A stretch of 6,007 nucleotides of DNA from a virus (IMGVR_UViG_2541047728_000008), one strand, 5' to 3'; positions 1 to 5,600 are shown, counted from the stretch's first letter. The notes: a model not told the origin generated them from the letters alone. Numbers and translations are program-made.

Positions 1-1239
1 ATGAGCAGGGCAATTCATAGACTTAGCGACACTCTTTTACGAAAATTAAGCGGATCACCAACCACAAAAAACACCTTTTTTAATGATGGTGGCAACCTTA
101 GCGTAAGGCATTCAACCAATGGCCTGTTAACCTGGTATTTCACTTACAGGGCCGGAACAGGCAGGAAGGTAGCCCCTGAACGTCTGAGGCTGGGAAATTA
201 TCCAGATTTGAGCCTGAAAGCAGCCAGGGAAAAAGCGTCGCAGTGTCGCGCCTGGCTTGCTGAGGGTAAAAATCCACGCCATGAGCTTAATCACACCGTA
301 CAGGAAGCGTTATCACCTGTTACGGTTAAGGAAGCGCTCACTTACTGGCTTGAATCGTACGCGAAGGAAAAGCGCACAGATTACGAATCTCTGAAAAGCC
401 GGATCAATACACACATAATCAGCCATATTGGTGCTATGCCGCTGGAAAAATGCGAGCTACGCCACTGGCTGACCTGTTTTGATCAGCTTGCTATGCGTAA
501 TCCGGTATCAGCAGGATTTTTGTTACAGGTATGCAAGCAGGCGCTTAAGTACTGCCGCAAACGACGCTACGCAATTACCAACGTTCTAGATGATATGGTT
601 GTAGGTGATGTTGGGAAAAAAGCAGAAATAAGCGAGCGCGTACTAACAAACAAGGAGCTTGGGGAATTACTACGCGCCCTGGATGAAAAAATTTACACAC
701 CGTACTACAGCGCCCTGATTCGCCTCCTGATTATCTTCGGATGCCGTACCACTGAGCTAAGACGCTCTGAGGTCCAGGAATGGGATTTTAAAGAAATGCT
801 CTGGACTGTGCCGAAAGAACACAGCAAAACGAAGGTAGCAATATTCAGGCCAATACCGGAAGCGATCTTGCCGTTCGTAACGAAGCTGGTGGAGCAGAAC
901 CGACACACGGGCTTATTACTCGGAGAACTGAAAGGGCAATCATCTGTATCAGAGTACGGAAGAACGGCACACAGACGCATTAATCAAGCCCCCTGGACGT
1001 TGCACGACATCCGGCACACGTTTACAACGATGCTGAACGATTTAGGCGTGGATCCTCATGTAGTGGAGCAGCTAACCGCGCACCAGTTGCCAGGAATGCA
1101 ACGAGTCTATAATCACTCCCGTTATCTCGATGCAAAACGTGACGCTCTTAATCTATGGGTTGAGCGTCTCGAGCTTCTCCAGAACAATGATGAAAAAATC
1201 GTTGTTATGACCCCGCGAATTTACTCCCAAAATTCTTGA
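1..1239 (+). CDS. int: Tyrosine site-specific integrase, P4-like family
   Basis: 412-aa ORF starting at window position 1 (ATG), stop TGA at 1237-1239. C-terminal catalytic signature of tyrosine recombinases: Arg in FGCRTTELRR, H-x-x-R in LHDIRHTF, candidate nucleophile Tyr in RVYNHSRY. N-terminal region resembles the arm-binding domain of P4-type integrases. The true start could lie upstream of the window. Confidence 0.9.
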   Translation: MSRAIHRLSDTLLRKLSGSPTTKNTFFNDGGNLSVRHSTNGLLTWYFTYRAGTGRKVAPERLRLGNYPDLSLKAAREKASQCRAWLAEGKNPRHELNHTVQEALSPVTVKEALTYWLESYAKEKRTDYESLKSRINTHIISHIGAMPLEKCELRHWLTCFDQLAMRNPVSAGFLLQVCKQALKYCRKRRYAITNVLDDMVVGDVGKKAEISERVLTNKELGELLRALDEKIYTPYYSALIRLLIIFGCRTTELRRSEVQEWDFKEMLWTVPKEHSKTKVAIFRPIPEAILPFVTKLVEQNRHTGLLLGELKGQSSVSEYGRTAHRRINQAPWTLHDIRHTFTTMLNDLGVDPHVVEQLTAHQLPGMQRVYNHSRYLDAKRDALNLWVERLELLQNNDEKIVVMTPRIYSQNS

Positions 1240-1280
1240 CAAATTACGGCTGTTTTTCTTGCGAAAAATGGCCCTCTAAA

Positions 1281-1316
1281 ATAAATCGTCGAATATCGGC
1301 AAATATCGACGATTTA
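1281..1316. repeat. Imperfect palindrome ATAAATCGTCG(n14)CGACGATTTAT about 42 bp downstream of int stop
   Basis: 11-bp arms at 1281-1291 and 1306-1316 are exact reverse complements; the 14-nt spacer contains internal ATAT/ATAT symmetry. AT-rich and not followed by a clean U-tract, so more likely a protein-binding site than an intrinsic terminator. Confidence 0.35.
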
Positions 1317-1388
1317 TATGTGTCAAGTATTGAAAAAATTTGAAATGTCTTCTTCTTAGTTCTTATTCTCTGTTTCTTGATTGTTCCA

Positions 1389-1435
1389 ACACCTGATGGT
1401 TTATCTATTTGTTTTTAATAAGGTAATTCAGGTGT
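1389..1435. repeat. Inverted repeat pair ACACCTGA ... TCAGGTGT in the int-alpA intergenic region
   Basis: 8-bp exact reverse-complement arms at 1389-1396 and 1428-1435, 31 bp apart, in AT-rich DNA upstream of alpA. A related GTGACAC lies at 1479-1485. Possible regulator-binding site; function not inferable. Confidence 0.25.
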
Positions 1436-1648
1436 CATGCCAAATAACGACATTTTTTGTTGCGTCGCTTAAAAACTCGTGACACGATTTTAAACACTAA
1501 CGAGCTTCTACGAACCTTAGCGAACAAAGCCTTTAGCATGGTTGTGTTTTTAATTTAAGAGGTGAAAAAGAATCTAAGTAATATCCGATCTCATATATCT
1601 ACAGCTAAGAGAAAAGTTTATATACGTAATTTTTATGTAGGTTTTTGT

Positions 1649-1858
1649 ATGCGTGAAATAAATGAAGATCGCGTAATCCGTGAGGATGAATGTCGTAAGT
1701 TAACTGGAGTGTGCCGCACTACACGTTACGAACTGGAGAAAAAAGGGCGCTTTCCGTCACGTCTTAATCTGGGCGGTCGTTCTGTAGGGTGGCTGCTGTC
1801 CGAGGTTATGGAATGGGTTAAAAGCCGGGATCGCATTAATTCAGGTAAGGCAGTGTAA
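1649..1858 (+). CDS. alpA: AlpA-family phage transcriptional regulator (excisionase-like HTH)
   Basis: 69-aa product MREINEDRVIREDECRKLTGVCRTTRYELEKKGRFPSRLNLGGRSVGWLLSEVMEWVKSRDRINSGKAV has the size and hallmarks of AlpA/Xis-type regulators (HTH followed by SVGW...E..EW). ATG at 1649 preferred over the track's GTG at 1562, whose 29-aa extension is AT-rich and non-protein-like. Weak SD (AGG, spacing about 7). Confidence 0.8.
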   Translation: MREINEDRVIREDECRKLTGVCRTTRYELEKKGRFPSRLNLGGRSVGWLLSEVMEWVKSRDRINSGKAV

Positions 1859-1874
1859 AGGGGAGCATATGACA

Positions 1875-1905
1875 CATAAAACAAAGGCGACCTGGGGCGG
1901 TCGCC
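1875..1905 (-). terminator. Rho-independent terminator for leftward transcription (possibly bidirectional)
   Basis: GC-rich 7-bp stem GGCGACC (1886-1892) / GGTCGCC (1899-1905) with 6-nt loop. On the minus strand the stem is followed by TTTGTTTTAT (plus 1875-1885). On the plus strand it follows the alpA stop but has only a weak AGTTTGG tail. Confidence 0.6.
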
Positions 1906-1969
1906 AGTTTGGAAACACTAAACATAAGCATGGCAATGATAGCCTCTATCAGGCTGGTGGGCAATGCTA

Positions 1970-2146
1970 TCAGTCTGTTTCAGTGCGTTGCCATAACTGC
2001 GAAGCTCTCTCCTTTGATGAGTATTCTTTAAGGTACTTCTCAAGGGCAAAAGAACACGGCGCGAATCGTTCTGATTCATGCTCTTTCTTTCTGCGTCGTC
2101 TTTTTCGTGCAGGTGATGTTTTTTCGGTTGATTCTTCGTTGGTCAT
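1970..2146 (-). CDS. Candidate small basic protein (58 aa), in frame with and downstream of the RHH gene
   Basis: Minus-strand ATG at 2146 to TGA at 1970-1972 encodes MTNEESTEKTSPARKRRRRKKEHESERFAPCSFALEKYLKEYSSKERASQLWQRTETD. Weak SD (AGG about 8 nt upstream). Same reading frame as the upstream RHH ORF, separated by a single TAA and 57 nt. Absent from the ORF track (below its length cutoff). Could be a real second cistron, a remnant of a longer ancestral gene, or non-coding. Confidence 0.3.
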   Translation of the reverse strand: MTNEESTEKTSPARKRRRRKKEHESERFAPCSFALEKYLKEYSSKERASQLWQRTETD

Positions 2147-2203
2147 TGTGTGCGCCTGTAAAGCAATGCGCCGGAGTTCCTCACACCACGGCGCTGATAG
2201 TGA

Positions 2204-2383
2204 TTATTCTGATTCTTTGGCCTTGCGACGCTGGCGGCGTTTGATCTCGCCTCGCATGGCTGTAACGATAAATTGCGCAGTGCTCTCGCCTGTTTCTTTT
2301 ACTTGCTCCATAGCCTCAACAACTTCATGCGGGGCGCGAGCCTGTAATTTCTGTGATTTGTTATTGATATGGTCTCTTTCCAT
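2204..2383 (-). CDS. Arc/Mnt-like ribbon-helix-helix (RHH) DNA-binding protein, putative repressor
   Basis: Minus-strand ORF, ATG at 2383 to TAA at 2204-2206, 59 aa: MERDHINNKSQKLQARAPHEVVEAMEQVKETGESTAQFIVTAMRGEIKRRQRRKAKESE. Good SD (AAGGGA, 7-nt spacing). The segment KLQARAPHEVVEAM-EQVKETGESTAQFIVTAMRGEI aligns by eye with the P22 Arc pattern (FNLRWPREVLDLV-RKVAEENGRSVNSEIYQRVMESF): beta-strand with R-x-P, helix A, Gly turn, S/T N-cap, helix B. Divergent from the downstream operon and adjacent to palindromic operators. Not in the ORF track. Confidence 0.65.
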   Translation of the reverse strand: MERDHINNKSQKLQARAPHEVVEAMEQVKETGESTAQFIVTAMRGEIKRRQRRKAKESE

Positions 2384-2403
2384 TTCTGGTTCCCTTTGTG
2401 ATT

Positions 2404-2416
2404 ACTGGAATCCAGT
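2404..2416. promoter_or_regulatory. Operator O1: 13-bp palindrome ACTGGAATCCAGT
   Basis: Perfect 6+1+6 inverted repeat (ACTGGA-A-TCCAGT). Overlaps the candidate -10 (TATACT on minus strand, plus 2414-2419) of the leftward promoter for the RHH gene. Confidence 0.55.
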
Positions 2417-2444
2417 ATACACGAAAAAGACCAAAACAAAACGC

Positions 2445-2474
2445 TTGAAGTGGATTCCACTTAGTGATTATACT
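2445..2474 (+). promoter_or_regulatory. Sigma70-type promoter for the rightward replication operon
   Basis: -35 TTGAAG (2445-2450), 18-bp spacer, -10 TATACT (2469-2474); predicted start near 2481. O2 and O3 overlap both hexamers. Confidence 0.5.
2449..2461. promoter_or_regulatory. Operator O2: 13-bp palindrome AGTGGATTCCACT
   Basis: Same core as O1/O3 (TGGA-W-TCCA) in opposite orientation, with flanking C/G swapped. Overlaps the -35 (TTGAAG, 2445-2450) of the rightward promoter and lies in its spacer. Confidence 0.5.
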
Positions 2475-2484
2475 GGAATCCAGT
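2472..2484. promoter_or_regulatory. Operator O3: 13-bp palindrome ACTGGAATCCAGT (identical to O1)
   Basis: Exact second copy of the O1 13-mer, 68 bp from O1. Overlaps the -10 (TATACT, 2469-2474) and predicted start site of the rightward promoter. Confidence 0.55.
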
Positions 2485-2502
2485 TGAGTGTTTATCACTC
2501 AA
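2484..2502 (+). other. 5'-leader hairpin / palindrome TTGAGTG-TTTAT-CACTCAA
   Basis: 7-bp perfect stem with 5-nt loop immediately downstream of the predicted start site; no U-tract follows, so not a terminator. The 3' arm ends at an in-frame ATG (2502), which it would sequester. Confidence 0.4.
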
Positions 2503-2579
2503 TGCAAACGAGGCTGAAAAGGATTGCCGTCCTTTCGCAGCCTCTGACCACCAACGATAGCGAAAGTATCGAGGTAGCT

Positions 2580-2783
2580 ATGAGAAATCATACCATACAC
2601 CCGCAAGGGCGGGACTCGCACAACCTGAATAAATACATCTGGCGTTTTATCGCCCTGAGCACGGCACAACCGCGCGTGATTACCATCGAGGCCACCAGCG
2701 AACAGGAAGCGCGTCAGCAATCTCCTGATGGCTGCGTGATGGTATTCGCCGCCCGTATTCGTCAGGGGGTGAGTCATGCATAA
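2580..2783 (+). CDS. Small protein (67 aa), first gene of rightward operon; function unknown
   Basis: ATG at 2580 preceded by GAGG (2571-2574) at 5-nt spacing; stop TAA 2781-2783. Product MRNHTIHPQGRDSHNLNKYIWRFIALSTAQPRVITIEATSEQEARQQSPDGCVMVFAARIRQGVSHA. This is the only protein-like part of the track's 304-aa ORF (1869..2783). From memory only, it may resemble small Icd-like proteins of P4-type islands; unverified. Alternative start ATG 2502 (93 aa) lacks an SD. Confidence 0.6.
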   Translation: MRNHTIHPQGRDSHNLNKYIWRFIALSTAQPRVITIEATSEQEARQQSPDGCVMVFAARIRQGVSHA

Positions 2784-3003
2784 AATACCCTTTGATGTTC
2801 TTGTTCATTCTGAAAACGCATTAATCCGCGCAAAGGAAATGGACGCATTACTACTTAAGTTAATTGATGTGCCGGAAAGTGGCGATGAATCTGATTCAAT
2901 GATGTTTTCTGCCGTGCGTACGCTATTAACGCCTGTTATTAATGAATTAAATACAGTGATGGCAATTCACGAGAATAATAAAGCGCAGCACACCGGAGAA
3001 TAA
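2776..3003 (+). CDS. Small acidic protein (75 aa), function unknown
   Basis: ATG 2776 overlaps the upstream stop (2781-2783) by 8 nt, indicating translational coupling; SD AGGGGGTGA upstream. Product is acidic (about 12 D/E versus 6 K/R) and probably helical. Confidence 0.6.
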   Translation: MHKIPFDVLVHSENALIRAKEMDALLLKLIDVPESGDESDSMMFSAVRTLLTPVINELNTVMAIHENNKAQHTGE

Positions 3004-3008
3004 AAAAC

Positions 3009-3308
3009 ATGAAAAATAAAAATTCTGGCGTTACTGCCAGCGGCCCCGCTCGTCCTGAATTTATGAACGGCGATATTTACCGCGATAAATATGGCGGCAT
3101 GGTAACGATTAAAGGCGTGGCAGAACGGCGCATCACCTACCGTCGTGAAGGCTACGAATATGATTGCGTGATGCCTGTTTATCAGTTCGATCGTGATTTT
3201 TCTCTGGTGCAGGCAGTACCGCGTAGCGTGCCCACCAGCAGGGAGAAAGCACGCGCCAATATTCAGGAAATAAAAAAGATGCTTAACGTATTCAGGGGTA
3301 AAAAATGA
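3009..3308 (+). CDS. Small protein (99 aa), function unknown
   Basis: ATG 3009 lies 5 nt after the upstream stop, with GGAGAA SD at 8-nt spacing; stop TGA 3306-3308 overlaps the next start (ATGA). No recognisable motif. Confidence 0.55.
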   Translation: MKNKNSGVTASGPARPEFMNGDIYRDKYGGMVTIKGVAERRITYRREGYEYDCVMPVYQFDRDFSLVQAVPRSVPTSREKARANIQEIKKMLNVFRGKK

Positions 3309-5053
3309 AACTGGCACCGAACGTAAAAAAACAGCCACGCGGAATAAAACACAAAGACACAGAGGTAATTATTTTCGCGGGTAGTGATGCCTGGTCGCAC
3401 GCGAAACAATGGCAGGAGCAGGATGGCCCCGCATCCGGCGATAATGTGCCGCCTGTGTGGCTTGGGCCAAATCAGCTTGCCGAACTTGATGCACTGAAAA
3501 TTGTTCCGGATGGAAAAAAACGCGTAAGGCTGTACCAGGCCGGAGAACTGGATTTGGTGGAGACCAAAAAGATTGGTCAGAAGCTGGCGGCGGCAGATAT
3601 TCAGGACGCAAATTTTTACCCCGAAGGAATGCACGTCCAGAAGTGTGAAAACTGGCGGCGCTATCTGAATGCTGAGCGTGAAAATATTGCCGCAGGGCTT
3701 ACCATGCCGGAGCAGAAAAATACGCAACTGGCACAAATGGCAGACAGTGAGCGCGCACAGATGCTTGCTGGTCGATTTGATGGCGTTTGTGTGCATCCGG
3801 AAAGTGAAATCGTTCACGTATGGCGCGGCGGGGTATGGTGTCCGGTCAGCACAATGGAACTTAGCCGCGAAATGGTGGCGATCTATTCAGAGCACAGGGC
3901 CACTTTCAGCAAGCGCGTAATCAATAACGCCGTGGAAGCGTTAAAAGTTATTGCCGAACCAATGGGCGAGCCGTCCGGCGATTTGCTGCCGTTCGCCAAT
4001 GGTGCGCTTGACCTGAAAACGGGGGAATTTTCCCCGCACACGCCGGAGAACTGGATCACCACGAACAACGGCATTGAGTACACGCCACCAGCACCAGGGG
4101 AGAACATCCGCGATAACGCGCCAAACTTTCATAAATGGCTTGAGCACGCAGCCGGAAAAGACTCGCGCAAGATGATGCGTATATGTGCCGCGCTGTACAT
4201 GATTATGGCGAACCGGTACGACTGGCAGATGTTTATTGAGGCCACCGGAGACGGCGGGAGCGGTAAAAGTACATTCACACACATCGCCAGCCTTCTGGCA
4301 GGGAAACAGAACACGGTGAGCGCGGAGATGACATCGCTTGATGATGCTGGTGGGCGTGCGCAGGTTGTCGGGAGTCGTCTTATCGTCCTGGCAGACCAGC
4401 CGAAATATACAGGCGAAGGCACGGGCATCAAGAAAATCACGGGCGGCGACCCCGTGGAAATCAACCCGAAATATGAAAAGCGTTTCACTACGGTAATCAG
4501 GGCGGTGGTGCTGGCGACCAATAACAACCCGATGATATTCACCGAACGGGCCGGAGGCGTGTCACGTCGTCGGGTTATTTTCCGCTTCGACAATATCGTA
4601 AGCGAGGCAGAAAAAGACAGGGAGCTACCGGAAAAGATTGCGGCTGAAATCCCTGTCATTATCCGCCGCTTGCTGGCGAACTTTGCCGACCCTGAAAAGG
4701 CACGGGCTTTACTCATTGAACAGCGAGACGGTGATGAAGCACTGGCGATAAAGCAGCAGACGGATCCGGTTATTGAGTTTTGCCAGTTCCTGAATTTTCT
4801 GGAGGAAGCGCGCGGCCTGATGATGGGCGGCGGCGGTGACTCTGTCAGGTACACGACCAGAAACAGCCTTTACCGCGTCTATCTGGCGTTTATGGCGTAT
4901 GCAGGCAGGAGCAAACCGCTAAACGTAAATGACTTTGGCAAGGCTATGAAGCCAGCCGCGAAAGTTTACGGACATGAATATATTACGCGGAAAGTTAAGG
5001 GAGTAACGCAGACTAACGCAATAACAACAGACGATTGCGACGCGTTTTTATAA
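3305..5053 (+). CDS. Replication protein: SF3 (D5/P4-alpha C-terminal type) helicase-NTPase, putative primase-helicase
   Basis: 582-aa ORF with SD AGGGGT and ATGA overlap with the upstream gene. Walker A GDGGSGKST (aa 315-323, nt 4247-4273), Walker B-like RLIVLADQ (aa 358-365), SF3 motif C VVLATNNNP (aa 401-409). Upstream conserved block LPFANGALDLKTGEFSPHTPENWITTNNGIEYTP is typical of the D5_N / P4-family primase C-terminal region. Shorter than P4 alpha (about 777 aa), so a full primase domain is not demonstrated. Confidence 0.85.
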   Translation: MKLAPNVKKQPRGIKHKDTEVIIFAGSDAWSHAKQWQEQDGPASGDNVPPVWLGPNQLAELDALKIVPDGKKRVRLYQAGELDLVETKKIGQKLAAADIQDANFYPEGMHVQKCENWRRYLNAERENIAAGLTMPEQKNTQLAQMADSERAQMLAGRFDGVCVHPESEIVHVWRGGVWCPVSTMELSREMVAIYSEHRATFSKRVINNAVEALKVIAEPMGEPSGDLLPFANGALDLKTGEFSPHTPENWITTNNGIEYTPPAPGENIRDNAPNFHKWLEHAAGKDSRKMMRICAALYMIMANRYDWQMFIEATGDGGSGKSTFTHIASLLAGKQNTVSAEMTSLDDAGGRAQVVGSRLIVLADQPKYTGEGTGIKKITGGDPVEINPKYEKRFTTVIRAVVLATNNNPMIFTERAGGVSRRRVIFRFDNIVSEAEKDRELPEKIAAEIPVIIRRLLANFADPEKARALLIEQRDGDEALAIKQQTDPVIEFCQFLNFLEEARGLMMGGGGDSVRYTTRNSLYRVYLAFMAYAGRSKPLNVNDFGKAMKPAAKVYGHEYITRKVKGVTQTNAITTDDCDAFL

Positions 5054-5065
5054 TTTTTGGCAATT

Positions 5066-5298
5066 GCTGTCTACCTTGTCTACCTGATTACATAAAAGTT
5101 GTTTTAATTCAGTGTATTAATTTAGGTAGACAGCTTTTTTTTACTGTCTACAAGCTGTCTACCTTGTCTACCTGTTTTTGTAGCCAGCCGGAGGGATGAG
5201 TAGACATCAGGTAGATAGCGATTTTTTACTGTCTACTTCCATTAAACCCGCGTCATTACTGGCCTGAGCATCTATCAGGTAGACAGAGTAGACAAGGT
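5066..5298. repeat. Iteron array (core TGTCTACC), putative replication origin / helicase-binding region
   Basis: Exact 21-bp direct repeat GCTGTCTACCTTGTCTACCTG at 5066-5086 and 5154-5174, each a tandem dimer of TGTCTACCT. Inverted dimer copy at 5277-5297 (AGGTAGACAGAGTAGACAAGG). Exact 15-bp direct repeat TTTTTTACTGTCTAC at 5137-5151 and 5222-5236. Hexamer GTCTAC at 5069, 5078, 5146, 5157, 5166, 5231 and GTAGAC at 5126, 5200, 5279, 5288 (10 exact copies; about 0.1 expected by chance), plus degenerate copies. AT-rich tract 5087-5123 is a candidate unwinding element. Lies immediately downstream of the helicase gene. Confidence 0.65.
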
Positions 5299-5342
5299 GG
5301 GGGTAGGTCCAAAACTTTTTAAACGAGGGGGTAAAAATAAAA

Positions 5343-5600
5343 ATGCACACATCAGGAAAATTTAACAATCAGAAGAAATCACATAACCGCGCCATTGACC
5401 TTACAGAGCACTGGCTGAGGGTGGCGATAAAAATCATCGACCGCAACACGGGGGAAGGATATGCGAAAGCACATCCTGAACTAATAAGCGCATTCATGAC
5501 CACAGCGGCGGCAAACTTTGCCACGCTGACAGAACGGGAGATTGCCGAAGCGGAACAGGTAACAACCATCAACGTTAAAACCGGAGAGGTGGAATCATGA
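5343..5600 (+). CDS. Hypothetical protein (85 aa), translationally coupled to ssb
   Basis: ATG 5343 preceded by GAGGGGG; stop TGA 5598-5600 overlaps the ssb start (ATGA). Product MHTSGKFNNQKKSHNRAIDLTEHWLRVAIKIIDRNTGEGYAKAHPELISAFMTTAAANFATLTEREIAEAEQVTTINVKTGEVES has no motif I recognise. Confidence 0.55.
   Translation: MHTSGKFNNQKKSHNRAIDLTEHWLRVAIKIIDRNTGEGYAKAHPELISAFMTTAAANFATLTEREIAEAEQVTTINVKTGEVES

Noticed and set aside
705-980. 91-aa minus-strand ORF inside the integrase gene
   Set aside because: Fully embedded antisense to a well-supported integrase CDS, with no SD and no recognisable motif; typical shadow ORF.
1562-1858. 98-aa GTG-initiated version of the alpA ORF given in the track
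   Set aside because: The 29-aa N-terminal extension is AT-rich and low-complexity (MKKNLSNIRSHISTAKRKVYIRNFYVGFC) and has no SD at proper spacing. The SD-like AAGAGGTGA at 1555-1563 actually contains the GTG. AlpA-family proteins are about 70 aa, matching the ATG at 1649.
1886-1905. Hairpin after alpA as a plus-strand terminator only
   Set aside because: The U-tract on the plus side is weak (AGTTTGG) whereas the minus side has TTTGTTTTAT. Retained as a leftward, possibly bidirectional, terminator rather than a dedicated alpA terminator.
2502-2783. 93-aa version of the first operon gene starting at ATG 2502
   Set aside because: No Shine-Dalgarno upstream and the ATG is part of the leader hairpin stem. 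ATG 2580 has a GAGG at ideal spacing. Kept as an alternative only.
3669-3920. 83-aa plus-strand ORF in an alternative frame within the helicase gene
   Set aside because: Out-of-frame overlap with the helicase; no independent start signals.
2967-4854. Series of minus-strand ORFs (2967..3338, 3263..3817, 3369..3611, 3883..4107, 3941..4282, 4129..4854) antisense to the small genes and helicase
   Set aside because: All overlap strongly supported plus-strand coding sequence with helicase motifs in frame. Their products are Cys/Arg/Ser-rich and low-complexity, as expected from the antisense frame of GC-rich coding DNA.
5190-5267. Mini-ORF starting at ATG 5196 directly after GGAGGG inside the iteron region
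   Set aside because: The SD-like sequence abuts the ATG with no spacer, the ORF is about 23 codons, and it is composed of iteron sequence. Most likely a chance ATG.
5066-5298. Possibility that the repeat cluster is a small CRISPR array
   Set aside because: Repeat units are only 8-9 bp (21 bp as dimers), occur in both orientations with irregular spacing, and have no uniform spacers or leader. This is the pattern of iterons, not CRISPR.
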